In this document: in pieces, positions 1-9,111 of the stretch | Numbering within the stretch: the first letter of the stretch is position 1 | Layout: every line of letters starts with the position of its first letter | Source: Cypionkella sp. | GTDB taxonomy: Bacteria; Pseudomonadota; Alphaproteobacteria; Rhodobacterales; Rhodobacteraceae | Length of the DNA stretch: 52,551 nucleotides | NCBI GenBank assembly: GCA_043766915.1 | Contig: JAYUHO010000302.1 | Location: 1 to 52,551 of the forward strand | Direction of reading: 5' to 3' | The notes under the pieces: generated by a model | Told to the model about the DNA's origin: nothing | What the model saw: the letters and a program-made list of their open reading frames with translations, nothing else | Databases searched by the model: none | Program-made: the position numbers and the translations under genes

Positions 1-1203
1 CAGACCGGGGTGGTCGATCTGACCCCGCTGCAGGCGTTAACCGGGCTGCAGGTGCTGTGGCTGAACCAGACCGGGGTGGTCGATCTGCGGCCGATCTGCG
101 ATTTGCCTTTGTCGGGGAAAGGCCCGTTTTCTGGCATCAGGTTTGCAAATACCGCCGCCATTGCGCGCGACCCCGAACTGCTGCGGTTGTCTGCTGTTGA
201 GGATAACGAACAACGCACGCGCGAGACGCTGGCGTATCTGAAAACTCTGCCGAAATGGCCTGAACCGTTGCCTTGGTTGGTGCCAAAAGACCCGCCACCT
301 TTGACGTTGACTGCCCTGCTCGACGCACAAGAACGTGCAGGCTGGCGATATTCTCCTAGCCATGGCGCATTGCAGCTTTATGTGCAGGATTTGCCAGAGA
401 GCAGCACGCAAACTCAGATGGCGGTGATGGTAAAAACCCGTGCCAATGCGTTGCTGGATAAACTGGGCGGGCGGGTAAACGCGGGTGGCTTACGGCAAGA
501 AGTGCATGAAGAAACCACTCGCTTTGTCGCTATTCTGGCGGATGACACGCGCAGCTTGTCTTTACGGGCACTGGAAATGTGGGGCAGCTTGGTGGCCTTG
601 GGCAACTTGCTGGAAGCCAACGACACGGGGACCAAAGCCGGGCGGGATAAGCTTGATCTTTTGCCCCCCGAACCTCGTGCGGCACTGATAACGTGCATAG
701 GTGTGGCTGCCGGGCTTGTGCGATCTTTCCCCGAAGCGCGGGCTTTGGACGATGATTATGGCGCGTTCAACCGTCGCATCGTGACACGCGAGATGGTGCT
801 GGACCTGCTGGAACAGGCGCTGCGGGCAAAGTTCGTTGACGAGAAAAGCGGCGCATTGATGCAGCATGTGGCGGCGATCGGGCAAAGTGAAGGAAAGCAG
901 GCTGATAAAGCCAGTTCGGTTACAATAGCTGGGCTGCGCAACCTAATTCTAACTGCAACGTTGATCAGTTCGTCTGTTGGCGCGGTTGTCGGCGGCGTGT
1001 TTAGTGGGATTGCCAGTGACGTCGGAACGGATATCAGTAACCATTACGCGTTGAGTGAAAAGGCAATTGATTTTCTTGACGGGACCGAAGGAAAAATCTC
1101 TGATTTTCTGGACGCTCTAACTCCAGATGAACGCGCACGCCTGCAATCAGCTTTAGACGACGCAATTTCCGCGCGCGCAGCCACCAAACCCAACGAAAAA
1201 TAA
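1..1203 (+). CDS. Leucine-rich-repeat protein, C-terminal part (5' end lies outside the window); C-terminal ~330 aa of unknown function
   Basis: Frame 1 is open from nt 1. LRR-like units (QTGVVDLTPLQALTGLQVLWLNQTGVVDLRPICDL) recur with 22-aa periodicity. An exact 21-nt DNA repeat occurs at 1-21 and 67-87. There is a Gly/Ser-rich hydrophobic stretch near the C-terminus. Stop TAA at 1201-1203 is followed by a terminator. Confidence 0.6.
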   Translation, partial: QTGVVDLTPLQALTGLQVLWLNQTGVVDLRPICDLPLSGKGPFSGIRFANTAAIARDPELLRLSAVEDNEQRTRETLAYLKTLPKWPEPLPWLVPKDPPPLTLTALLDAQERAGWRYSPSHGALQLYVQDLPESSTQTQMAVMVKTRANALLDKLGGRVNAGGLRQEVHEETTRFVAILADDTRSLSLRALEMWGSLVALGNLLEANDTGTKAGRDKLDLLPPEPRAALITCIGVAAGLVRSFPEARALDDDYGAFNRRIVTREMVLDLLEQALRAKFVDEKSGALMQHVAAIGQSEGKQADKASSVTIAGLRNLILTATLISSSVGAVVGGVFSGIASDVGTDISNHYALSEKAIDFLDGTEGKISDFLDALTPDERARLQSALDDAISARAATKPNEK

Positions 1204-1230
1204 AAAGCCACCCCGAGGGATGGCTTTTTT
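1204..1230. terminator. Intrinsic terminator, probably bidirectional (LRR gene on + and tRNA-Asp on -)
   Basis: AAA-GCCACCCCGAGGGATGGC-TTTTTT. The hairpin has an A-run on one side and a T-run on the other. Confidence 0.6.
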
Positions 1231-1237
1231 CGGCAAA

Positions 1238-1314
1238 TGGCGCGGCGGACGGGACTCGAACCCGCGACCCCCGGCGTGACAGGCCGGTACTCTAACCAAC
1301 TGAGCTACCACCGC
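1238..1314 (-). tRNA. tRNA-Asp (anticodon GTC)
   Basis: The reverse complement folds by hand as GCGGTGG-TA-GCTC..GAGT-A-CCGGC-CTGTCAC-GCCGG-..-GCGGG-TTCGAGT-CCCGT-CCGCCGC-G-CCA. It is 77 nt with CCA encoded. Confidence 0.9.
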
Positions 1315-1345
1315 GCATTGCACCCCGGTTGCCCGGCGTGTGGGG

Positions 1346-1374
1346 GTATTACGAAAGGGACGCGGCGGCGTCAA
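1346..1374 (-). promoter_or_regulatory. Candidate sigma70-type promoter of tRNA-Asp
   Basis: On the minus strand: TTGACG, 17 nt, TAATAC. The -10 lies about 31 nt upstream of the mature tRNA 5' end. Confidence 0.4.
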
Positions 1375-1453
1375 GCGGGCATTGGGGCGCACGCGGGAAA
1401 ACTTTGGCGCGGGACGGCGCCCCGGCAGTTGGCTTTGGCGCGATTGAAGGTTT

Positions 1454-1549
1454 GGGGGTTTCACACCCCCGTCTCAATCGTCAAGACGATTGAGCCCCCC
1501 ACGTGGGATATTTTTGAACAGAAAAAGCGCAAATTTTAGATAAATTTTA
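1454..1549 (+). repeat. Family-1 modular intergenic repeat, copy 1
   Basis: GGGGGTTTCACACCCCC hairpin, then a CTCAATCGT/ACGATTGAG hairpin, then the core CCCCCCACGTGGGATATTTTTGAACAGAAAAAGCGCAAATTTTAGATAAATTTT. Confidence 0.85.
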
Positions 1550-1592
1550 ACGGGCTGGCGGTGTCACCCGCATCAAGCCGACTTTTACGCGG

Positions 1593-2528
1593 TTAGGGCG
1601 GAGCGGGGATAAAATCACCATCATCGGCGGGCGGCAATTGGAACCGGCCATGCGCCCAATCGCCTGCACGCCACGCCTCGCGCGCGGCATCGATGCGGTC
1701 TTTGGACGAGGCCACAAAATTCCACCAGATGTAACGCGGCCCATCCATGGTGGCACCACCCAGCACCATGATCCGCGCCCCCGCATCCCCAGCCTTGACC
1801 GATATCTGATCACCGGGGCGAAACACCAGCATTGCGCCGGCGGCGTAGGTTTGACCGCCCTGCGACACCGCGCCCTGCAGCACGTAGACCCCGCGATCTT
1901 CGTGGGTATCGGGCAAGGGCAGGCTGGCCCCCGCCTGCAGCGTGGCATCGGCGTAAAAGGTTTCGGATGGCAACGGCAGCGCCACCTTAGCCCCCCACGC
2001 CGACCCCAGAATCAGACGCACCTGTTTGCCCTCGGCCTCCAGCACCGGCAGAGCTGTGGCGGGCGCGTTATGAAAGGCGGCGGTATCATCCTCATGCGAT
2101 TTCGGCACCGCGAGCCAGGTTTGCAGCCCGAACAGGCTTTGCGGGGCGGCGCGCGCCGGGCCGTCCATGCGTTCGGAATGGGTAATCCCCCGCCCCGCAA
2201 CCATCAGATTCACCTCACCGGGTGTGATCCAGGCATCTGTGCCAAGGGAATCGCGGTGATGAATCTTGCCTTTCAGCAGATAGGTCACTGTCGCCAGACC
2301 AATATGCGGATGCGGGCGCACGTCGAGCCCCTGCCCGGTCAGAAATTCGGCCGGGCCCATCTGGTCAAAAAAGATGAACGGACCCACCATTTGGCGCTGC
2401 ACAGATGGCAGGGCCCGGCGCACCTCAAAGCCGCCCAGATCGCGGGCACGGGCGATAATAACCGTTTCAATACGGTCAACCTCGTCCCCAATGGGAATCG
2501 ACGCATCTAAAAGGGGTGACCAGCTCAT
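1593..2528 (-). CDS. Pirin family protein (bicupin)
   Basis: 311 aa from the internal ATG at 2528 (MSWSPLLDASIPIG...). The extra 99 N-terminal residues of the 410-aa ORF are Arg/Cys-rich and non-protein-like. Cupin motif RPHPHIGLATVTYLLKGKIHHRDSLG. Confidence 0.85.
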   Translation of the reverse strand: MSWSPLLDASIPIGDEVDRIETVIIARARDLGGFEVRRALPSVQRQMVGPFIFFDQMGPAEFLTGQGLDVRPHPHIGLATVTYLLKGKIHHRDSLGTDAWITPGEVNLMVAGRGITHSERMDGPARAAPQSLFGLQTWLAVPKSHEDDTAAFHNAPATALPVLEAEGKQVRLILGSAWGAKVALPLPSETFYADATLQAGASLPLPDTHEDRGVYVLQGAVSQGGQTYAAGAMLVFRPGDQISVKAGDAGARIMVLGGATMDGPRYIWWNFVASSKDRIDAAREAWRAGDWAHGRFQLPPADDGDFIPAPP

Positions 2529-2800
2529 CTTAAACCTGCAGAGTTGTTTTCGGTTAATTTGGCATATGATTGAAAAGTTACAACGGCCAGACCCGCACAA
2601 CCACTCTGCATTTTCGCAGATTTTCCGGACAAGAGGGCTGCGGCTGGCTGGTGGTGGCGGTTGCACCCCTGCCCAAGTTTTATGCAAAAAACGCCGCCTC
2701 GCCCAGAAATTGACCCGAAACGCAACCAATTCAGGCCGCACCGCAGGAACGGGTTGAACCCGGCACCGCCCCACGCAACGTTGTCGCAAACGGAGCCGCG

Positions 2801-3631
2801 ATGAATTTTGTCCCCCCCGCCCCACAAATGCAGCGCAGCCATGGAGTGGCAGCGATCTCTTTGGGTTTGCACAAGGCGCGGATGCGGCTGTTGGACCTTG
2901 CGCAGTCTGGATCGGCCAAGGTGATCTTGCCGCATCAGGGTGCTGGGATGGGCGCGGTGCCCGAACTGGTATTTTTGAACACCTCGGGCGGGCTGACGGA
3001 GGGCGATACCCTTCGCTATCAGATCACACTGGGCGAGGGTGTGCGCGCCACCGCCACCACGCAGACGGCGGAACGCGCCTATCGGTCAAGTGCCGGTGTG
3101 GCGCGAGTTGTCGTCAAGGCACGGGTGGGGGCATCCGGTTGGCTGGATTGGCTGCCCCAGGAAACGATCCTGTTTCAATCCAGCGCCTTGCACCGCAGCA
3201 CCCGGATTGATCTGGGGCCGGATGCGGGGTGTCTGATGGTTGAGACGATTGTTCTGGGCCGGGCCGCGATGGGAGAAACGGTGACCGATCTGTGCATGCA
3301 AGACCGTCGCGAGGTGTGGCGACAGGGCCGCCCCGTGCTGATTGATCCGTTTGCGTTGGGCGACGACAGACTTGCCCTACGCCCTGCCCTTCTGAACGGA
3401 GCGCGGGTAGTGGCGTCGATAGCATTTGTGACAACAGGTGCCGAGGATGCGTTGGGCCCGGTGCGCGCGGTGCTGGACGAGCCGGGGGTGCAGGCCGCTG
3501 CCTCGGGCTGGGATGGCCGCTTGACGTTGCGGTTGATGGCCGCCGACGGCTGGCCGATGCGGCGGCAAATCCTGCGCGTGCTGGCAGTGCTGCGACCGGG
3601 GCAAGCGGCCCCGCGTGTCTGGCAGATATAG
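2801..3631 (+). CDS. ureD: Urease accessory protein UreD
   Basis: 276-aa ORF with UreD-like [13 protein letters not shown] and [11 protein letters not shown]. It heads the urease cluster. Confidence 0.85.
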   Translation: MNFVPPAPQMQRSHGVAAISLGLHKARMRLLDLAQSGSAKVILPHQGAGMGAVPELVFLNTSGGLTEGDTLRYQITLGEGVRATATTQTAERAYRSSAGVARVVVKARVGASGWLDWLPQETILFQSSALHRSTRIDLGPDAGCLMVETIVLGRAAMGETVTDLCMQDRREVWRQGRPVLIDPFALGDDRLALRPALLNGARVVASIAFVTTGAEDALGPVRAVLDEPGVQAAASGWDGRLTLRLMAADGWPMRRQILRVLAVLRPGQAAPRVWQI

Positions 3632-3641
3632 GAGAGATGCG

Positions 3642-3944
3642 ATGAACCTGACGCCGCGGGAAAAGGACAAGCTGTTGATCAGCGTGGCGGCCATGGTGGC
3701 GCGGGGTCGCCTTGCACGCGGCGTCAAGCTGAACCACCCCGAGGCGATTGCGCTAATCACCGATTTCGTCGTTGAAGGTGCGCGCGATGGCCGGTCTGTG
3801 GCCGATCTGATGCAGGCCGGTGGGCATGTGATTACGGCGGATCAGTGCATGGCAGGCATCCCCGAGATGATCCATTCGGTGCAGGTCGAGGCGACCTTTC
3901 CCGATGGCACCAAACTTGTCACCGTTCACCATCCCATTCGATAA
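3642..3944 (+). CDS. ureA: Urease gamma subunit
   Basis: [39 protein letters not shown]... is the canonical 100-aa UreA. GGAGAG lies upstream of the ATG at 3642. Confidence 0.95.
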   Translation: MNLTPREKDKLLISVAAMVARGRLARGVKLNHPEAIALITDFVVEGARDGRSVADLMQAGGHVITADQCMAGIPEMIHSVQVEATFPDGTKLVTVHHPIR

Positions 3945-3953
3945 GAGGCTGTT

Positions 3954-4145
3954 ATGAAACGTCTTGCCATCCTTTTTGCGATTTTACCCGGTGTCGCCCT
4001 TGCCCATCCGGGTGGTCATGCGCAGAACGGAGTCCTCACCAATCTGGCGCATCTGCTGACAGAGCCGGATCATTTGCTGATGCTTGCCGAGGGTGCTGCG
4101 CTGATCGGTCTGGCGATGTATCTGCGCAAAGGGCGAAACCAGTGA
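3954..4145 (+). CDS. Small signal-peptide/membrane protein between ureA and ureB; resembles the N-terminal ~60 aa of HupE/UreJ nickel permeases
   Basis: 63 aa. An AAGAGG SD lies 5 nt upstream. Signal peptide [17 protein letters not shown], then HPGGH...H...DHLLML and one hydrophobic helix. The stop overlaps the ureB GTG (GTGA). Confidence 0.6.
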   Translation: MKRLAILFAILPGVALAHPGGHAQNGVLTNLAHLLTEPDHLLMLAEGAALIGLAMYLRKGRNQ

Positions 4146-4447
4146 TCCCCGGTGAAGTGATCTGCGCGGCGGGCGACATCATCCTGAATGCGGGGGCCGA
4201 GACGGTGCTGTTGATGGTGGCCAACACCGGCGACCACCCCATTCAGGTGGGCAGCCACTATCATTTTGCCGAAACAAACGCAGGGTTGGATTTTGATCGG
4301 AGTGCGGCGCGCGGCATGCGGCTGGATATCGCGGCCGGCACTGCTGTGCGGTTTGAGCCGGGGCAAAGGCGTGAAGTGCGGCTGGTGCCCTTGGGCGGTT
4401 TGCGCAAGGTTTTTGGGTTTAACGCCGCTGTGATGGGGGATTTGTAG
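4142..4447 (+). CDS. ureB: Urease beta subunit
   Basis: GTG start at 4142 gives (M)[17 protein letters not shown]...[13 protein letters not shown]..., a canonical 101-aa UreB. The longer ATG-ORF N-terminus is not UreB-like. Confidence 0.9.
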   Translation: MIPGEVICAAGDIILNAGAETVLLMVANTGDHPIQVGSHYHFAETNAGLDFDRSAARGMRLDIAAGTAVRFEPGQRREVRLVPLGGLRKVFGFNAAVMGDL

Positions 4448-6157
4448 ATGCCGACCCCGATCTCCCGCGCCTCTTATGCATCGATGTTTGGCCCCACCAC
4501 CGGCGACCGGGTGCGGTTAGGGGATACGGACCTGATCCTTCAGGTCGAGCGCGATCTGACAACTTACGGAGAAGAGGTGAAGTTTGGCGGCGGTAAGGTG
4601 ATCCGCGATGGTATGGGGCAATCCCAGATCAGCCGCGCGGGCGGTGCGATGGATACAGTGATCACCAATGCGCTGATCGTCGATTACACCGGGATTTATA
4701 AGGCCGATGTTGGCCTGCGCGATGGCCGGATCGCCCGCATCGGCAAGGCGGGTAACCCGGATACGCAAACCGGCGTGACTGTCATCATCGGGCCGGGCAC
4801 CGAGATTATCGCGGGCGAAGGGCGGATTTTAACCGCTGGCGGGATGGATGCGCATATCCACTTCATCTGCCCGCAACAGGTGGAAGATGCCCTGCATTCG
4901 GGCATCACCACCATACTGGGCGGCGGCACTGGCCCGGCGCACGGCACGCTGGCCACGACCTGCACGCCGGGGCCGTGGCATATCGGGCGGATGATGCAGG
5001 CCTTTGACGCACTGCCGATCAATGTGGGGATTTCCGGCAAAGGCAACGCCAGCCTGCCCGAGGCTTTGCACGAAATGGTACGCGCGGGGGCTTGTGCGTT
5101 GAAGCTGCACGAAGACTGGGGCACCACGCCTGCCACGATTGATTGCGCGCTGACGGTGGCCGATGCGATGGACATTCAGGTGATGATCCACACCGATACT
5201 TTGAACGAATCCGGCTTTGTCGAGAATACTTTGGCGGCAATCAAAGGCCGCACCATTCACGCCTTTCACACCGAAGGGGCTGGCGGCGGGCACGCGCCTG
5301 ATATCATCAAGGTGGTCAGCCATCCGAATGTGATCCCATCGTCCACCAATCCGACGATGCCCTACACCGTCAACACCATCGAAGAACATCTTGATATGCT
5401 GATGGTGTGCCATCACCTTGACCGCCGGGTGCCCGAAGACGTGGCCTTTGCTGAATCCCGTATCCGTCGCGAAACCATCGCGGCCGAAGATATCTTGCAC
5501 GATATGGGCGCGTTTTCGGTGATTTCTTCCGACAGTCAGGCGATGGGCCGGATTGGCGAAGTGATCACCCGCACCTGGCAGACCGCGCATAAAATGCGCC
5601 AGCAACGCGGGGCTTTGGCCGAAGATGTGGGGCAGGCCGATAACTTCCGCATCAAACGCTATATCGCGAAATACACCATCAACCCGGCAATTGCGCATGG
5701 CATGGCGGGGCATATTGGCAGCGTCGAGGTTGGCAAACGCGCAGACCTCGTGCTGTGGTCACCGGCGTTCTTTGGGGCAAAACCCGAAATGGTGCTGCTG
5801 GGGGGCGTGATTGTGGTGGCGCAAATGGGTGATCCGAATGCGTCGATCCCCACACCGCAGCCGGTTTATACCCGGCAAATGTTTGGGGCCTTGGGCCGGT
5901 CGGTGGAACGCAACGCGGTGATTTTCGTCAGTGCCGCAGCACAAGCGGATGGCGTGGCGGCGCGGTTGGGTCTGGCCAAAGACACCGTTGCGGTGGAACA
6001 GTGCCGGGGCATCGGCAAGGCGGATATGCGGCTGAACGACGCGATGCCGCAGATCGAAGTGGATCCCGAAACCTATGTCGTGCGCGCCGATGGCGAGGTG
6101 CTGACCTGCGAACCTGCAACCGAACTGCCGCTGGCGCAGCGCTATTTTCTGTATTGA
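4448..6157 (+). CDS. ureC: Urease alpha subunit
   Basis: 569 aa with [22 protein letters not shown] and [14 protein letters not shown]. The ATG abuts the ureB stop. Confidence 0.97.
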   Translation: MPTPISRASYASMFGPTTGDRVRLGDTDLILQVERDLTTYGEEVKFGGGKVIRDGMGQSQISRAGGAMDTVITNALIVDYTGIYKADVGLRDGRIARIGKAGNPDTQTGVTVIIGPGTEIIAGEGRILTAGGMDAHIHFICPQQVEDALHSGITTILGGGTGPAHGTLATTCTPGPWHIGRMMQAFDALPINVGISGKGNASLPEALHEMVRAGACALKLHEDWGTTPATIDCALTVADAMDIQVMIHTDTLNESGFVENTLAAIKGRTIHAFHTEGAGGGHAPDIIKVVSHPNVIPSSTNPTMPYTVNTIEEHLDMLMVCHHLDRRVPEDVAFAESRIRRETIAAEDILHDMGAFSVISSDSQAMGRIGEVITRTWQTAHKMRQQRGALAEDVGQADNFRIKRYIAKYTINPAIAHGMAGHIGSVEVGKRADLVLWSPAFFGAKPEMVLLGGVIVVAQMGDPNASIPTPQPVYTRQMFGALGRSVERNAVIFVSAAAQADGVAARLGLAKDTVAVEQCRGIGKADMRLNDAMPQIEVDPETYVVRADGEVLTCEPATELPLAQRYFLY

Positions 6158-6163
6158 GGCAGC

Positions 6164-6685
6164 ATGACTGATCTTCCCGCCGCCCATACGTTGCACCGCG
6201 CCGGCACTTGGACAACTGCCTGTGATCTGGTGGTTCTAAGCTATGACGAGCGATTTCTGCGCCGCAAACGGCTGGAAACCGTGCAAGCCCGGGGGTTTCT
6301 GGTCAGCTTGCCAGAAACCACCAGTCTGGGCCACGGTGATGCGTTTGAATTGCTGGATGGTCGGCTGATCGAAGTGATCGCGGCCGAAGAGCCGGTGCTG
6401 GAAATTACCGGCGATCTGGCGCGGCTGGCCTGGCACATCGGCAATCGCCACACGCCGTGTCAGATTTGCCCCGACCATCTGCTGATCCGCCAAGATCATG
6501 TGCTCGAGGCGATGCTGCTGCAACTGGGGGCCAAAGTATCGCGCAGCATTGAACCCTTTACCCCCGAAGGCGGGGCTTATGGCCATGGGCGCACGTTTGG
6601 CCATGATCATGGCGGATATGATCATGGCGTTACAGAGCCTGGCGGATTTCAATTGCCCGCCAACCTTTGGAAAGGCAACCCGTGA
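6164..6685 (+). CDS. ureE: Urease accessory protein UreE
   Basis: 173 aa. It follows ureC. The His-rich C-terminal tail is GHGRTFGHDHGGYDHG. Confidence 0.85.
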   Translation: MTDLPAAHTLHRAGTWTTACDLVVLSYDERFLRRKRLETVQARGFLVSLPETTSLGHGDAFELLDGRLIEVIAAEEPVLEITGDLARLAWHIGNRHTPCQICPDHLLIRQDHVLEAMLLQLGAKVSRSIEPFTPEGGAYGHGRTFGHDHGGYDHGVTEPGGFQLPANLWKGNP

Positions 6686-7320
6686 CCAGCACCCCGGCCC
6701 TGCTGTCGCTGATGCATTGGCTGTCGCCTGCCTTTCCAACGGGGGCCTATGCCTATTCGCATGGGCTGGAGTGGGCGATATCGGCGGGGGATGTGACCGA
6801 CGCGGCCGGCTGTCAGGCTTGGCTGGGCGATGTTTTGCAATTTGGCACCGGCTGGCAAGACGCGGTGATCCTGGCCCAAGCCCTGCGCGCTGATGCCGAT
6901 CACGCGGCATTGGCCGAATATGCCCGCGCCTTGGCCCCGTCGCGCGAACGGCTGGCTGAAACCATGGATCAGGGCACCGCCTTTGCGCGTGCGATCGGCG
7001 CTTTGGGTGGGGCAGTTGATCCCGCCCCCCTGCCCGTTGCGGTTGGTCAGGCCGCAGCGGTGTTGGCCTTACCGGCGGCACAAATCATCGCATTTTATCT
7101 GCACGCGTTTGCCGCAAATCTGGTGTCTGTTGCCGTGCGGTTCATTCCGTTGGGCCAATCAGACGGGCAGCAGATGCTTGCAAACCTGCACCCGATGATC
7201 ATTGCCTTGGCCGATGCCGCCGCTACCGCCGATCTCTCGGACATCACCACCGCCACCTTCGGGGCCGATCTGGCGGCGATGCGGCATGAAACCATGGATG
7301 TAAGGGTGTACCGCACATGA
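6682..7320 (+). CDS. ureF: Urease accessory protein UreF
   Basis: [27 protein letters not shown] is UreF-like. The start is taken as GTG 6682, overlapping the ureE stop. TTG 6667 is an alternative. Confidence 0.85.
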   Translation: MTSTPALLSLMHWLSPAFPTGAYAYSHGLEWAISAGDVTDAAGCQAWLGDVLQFGTGWQDAVILAQALRADADHAALAEYARALAPSRERLAETMDQGTAFARAIGALGGAVDPAPLPVAVGQAAAVLALPAAQIIAFYLHAFAANLVSVAVRFIPLGQSDGQQMLANLHPMIIALADAAATADLSDITTATFGADLAAMRHETMDVRVYRT

Positions 7321-7952
7321 ACCCGCATGGCCCGTTGCGCGTTGGCATCGGCGGCCCGGTGGGTGCCGGGAAAACCACACTGACCGAACATCTGTGCCGT
7401 GCCTTGGCGGGGCGCTGTTCGATGGCGGTGATTACCAATGACATCTACACCCGCGAAGATGCCGAGTATCTGACCCGCGCCCAAGTGCTGCCTGCCGAGC
7501 GGATCAGGGGGGTGGAAACCGGCGGTTGTCCGCACACCGCGATCCGCGAAGATGCGTCGATCAATCTGGCAGCGGTGGCTGATCTGCGCGGGGGTTTTCC
7601 CGATCTGGACCTGATCCTGATTGAATCCGGTGGCGACAATCTGGCGGCGACGTTTTCGCCCGAACTCGCCGATATCTCAATCTACGTGATTGATACTGCG
7701 GCGGGTCAGGACATTCCGCGCAAACGAGGGCCGGGGGTGGCGCGGTCTGATCTGCTGGTGGTCAACAAAACCGATCTGGCGCCTTACGTGGGGGTTGATC
7801 TGATGATGTTAGAGGCGGATACGCAGATCGCACGCGGAGCGCGTCCCTATGTGATGGCGCAACTTCGGCATGGCAAAGGCGTCGAAGCAGTGGTGGCGTT
7901 TTTAGAACATCACGGAGGGTTGGTGTTGAAACCGGCGCATTTGAGTGCGTGA
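7317..7952 (+). CDS. ureG: Urease accessory GTPase UreG
   Basis: 211 aa. P-loop [10 protein letters not shown], plus ESGGDNL and NKTDL. ATGA overlap with ureF. Confidence 0.95.
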   Translation: MNPHGPLRVGIGGPVGAGKTTLTEHLCRALAGRCSMAVITNDIYTREDAEYLTRAQVLPAERIRGVETGGCPHTAIREDASINLAAVADLRGGFPDLDLILIESGGDNLAATFSPELADISIYVIDTAAGQDIPRKRGPGVARSDLLVVNKTDLAPYVGVDLMMLEADTQIARGARPYVMAQLRHGKGVEAVVAFLEHHGGLVLKPAHLSA

Positions 7953-8004
7953 CAGCGTGTTAACAAGGGCCCGTATCACCCTGATCTGATTGAAAATAAG
8001 GAAA

Positions 8005-8080
8005 TGGTGGGTCGTGACGGGCTCGAACCGCCGACATTCTCGGTGTAAACGAGACGCTCTACCAACTGAGCTAACAACCC
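8005..8080 (-). tRNA. tRNA-Val (anticodon TAC)
   Basis: Reverse complement: GGGTTGT-TA-GCTC..-TCTCG-TTTACAC-CGAGA-..-GGCGG-TTCGAGC-CCGTC-ACGACCC-A-CCA. 76 nt. Confidence 0.9.
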
Positions 8081-8209
8081 ATCTGACCTGCGTGTACTGA
8101 ACACGGGCCGGATATGCAAGACGGGTTTTGCGGGTAACGTCAGGCCTTATCGAATTATCAGCCCTGCCGGGGCCTAAGCCGTAATGCCTTTGCAGGTTGT
8201 TAAAACAGT

Positions 8210-8306
8210 GGGGGGTTTCACACCCCCGCCCCAATGGCTGCGCCATTGAGACTCCCCCGTGGGATATTTTTGAACAGAAAAAGCGAAAATTTTAGGTAAA
8301 TTTTCA
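8210..8306 (+). repeat. Family-1 modular intergenic repeat, copy 2
   Basis: GGGGGGTTTCACACCCCC, then a CAATGGC/GCCATTG hairpin, then CCCCCGTGGGATATTTTTGAACAGAAAAAGCGAAAATTTTAGGTAAATTTT. It ends 6 nt from the 3' end of tRNA-Val(CAC). Confidence 0.85.
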
Positions 8307-8312
8307 AGGAAA

Positions 8313-8387
8313 TGGTGGGAGATAAGGGATTTGAACCCCTGACATCATCGATGTGAACGATGCGCTCTACCACTGAGCTAATCTCCC
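8313..8387 (-). tRNA. tRNA-Val (anticodon CAC)
   Basis: Reverse complement: GGGAGAT-TA-GCTC..-CATCG-TTCACAT-CGATG-..-CAGGGGTTCAAATCCCTT-ATCTCCC-A-CCA. 75 nt. Confidence 0.9.
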
Positions 8388-8400
8388 GTTGGCGGGGTGT

Positions 8401-8826
8401 TTAGCCCGCCTCGCCTGCGTCTGCAAGACCCTCTGTGGCGGCTTTTTTTCCACCCGTTTTGGCAGGCACCCGCCGAAGCTTTAGCGTCATCATCGACCCG
8501 TTCGCCAGATCGCGCGACCGCCCCACCCGCAGCTTGCCAAAGGGTGGCAGGTTCAGGGTTTCGCCAACTTCAAGGGCGCGGCCAAGTTCGGCCAACGTGA
8601 CCTCGACGATATCGCGCACGTCCTTTTTCCTGAAATCCCCCGCCGCTGTAACCCGTTCAACCAAATCTTTCACGCGCAATGCGACACCAGATTTGCCGCC
8701 AACGTCTGTAGCAGCGGCCCTAGCAGAGGCGACGGGCGTCATGCTAACTGGCTTGGCCTTGGCCAAAGATGTTTTTGCCGGCTTGTTTTTGGCTGCAGGT
8801 TTGGCGGGGGCCGTTTTCGTGGGCAT
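8401..8826 (-). CDS. HU/IHF-family DNA-binding protein with a Lys/Ala/Pro-rich N-terminal extension
   Basis: 141 aa. N-terminus is PTKTAPAKPAAKNKPAKTSLAKAKP. The core (LVERVTAAGDFRKKDVRDIVEVTLAELGRALEVGETLNLPPFGKLRV) resembles the HU fold. Confidence 0.7.
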   Translation of the reverse strand: MPTKTAPAKPAAKNKPAKTSLAKAKPVSMTPVASARAAATDVGGKSGVALRVKDLVERVTAAGDFRKKDVRDIVEVTLAELGRALEVGETLNLPPFGKLRVGRSRDLANGSMMTLKLRRVPAKTGGKKAATEGLADAGEAG

Positions 8827-9111
8827 TGGGGCGTCCTTTGTTTCACTCTTAGAAACAATGCTATCTTACAAATGCCAGACTGGAAACAGTTCTGATGCGG
8901 CTTCAATCAATTGCAAATCCGGACGCCGCAGAATTTGCATGGCGTGTCCATCCAGATGCCGGCTGAGATCACGCGCACAGTCACGTGCCATCACGTTGCT
9001 GCATGACACGGCCTCGTCATTGGACCGTGAAGAAAACGCAAGCCTACGTTGCCATGCCGGACTCTGCCTAAGTCCTGGGTTGAGCCGGTTTCACACCACA
9101 AGGAGCATGTC

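Noticed and set aside
1237-1539. Small ORFs ending in the recurring peptide WDIFEQKKRKF (also 14871-15056 + and 37870-38124 -).
   Set aside because: The shared peptide is just the translation of the family-1 repeat core. One ORF overlaps tRNA-Asp. The upstream parts are unrelated, with no SD or consistent start.
2529-2800. Sigma54 (TGGCAC-N5-TTGC) promoters upstream of ureD, at TTGGCATATGATTGAAA (~2549) and GGTGGTGGCGGTTGCA (~2650).
   Set aside because: The GG-to-GC spacing is off by one or more in each case, or the GC dinucleotide is missing.
2529-2825. N-terminal extensions of maximal ORFs: pirin to 2825, nagZ to 40837, aroK to 20138, argC to 46379, lon to 12966, GH-RTX to 48815, ureA to 3615, ureB to 3845.
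   Set aside because: The extensions are compositionally aberrant. They overlap upstream genes or lack an SD. Internal starts align with the conserved family N-termini and often show ATGA/GTGA coupling or a good SD.
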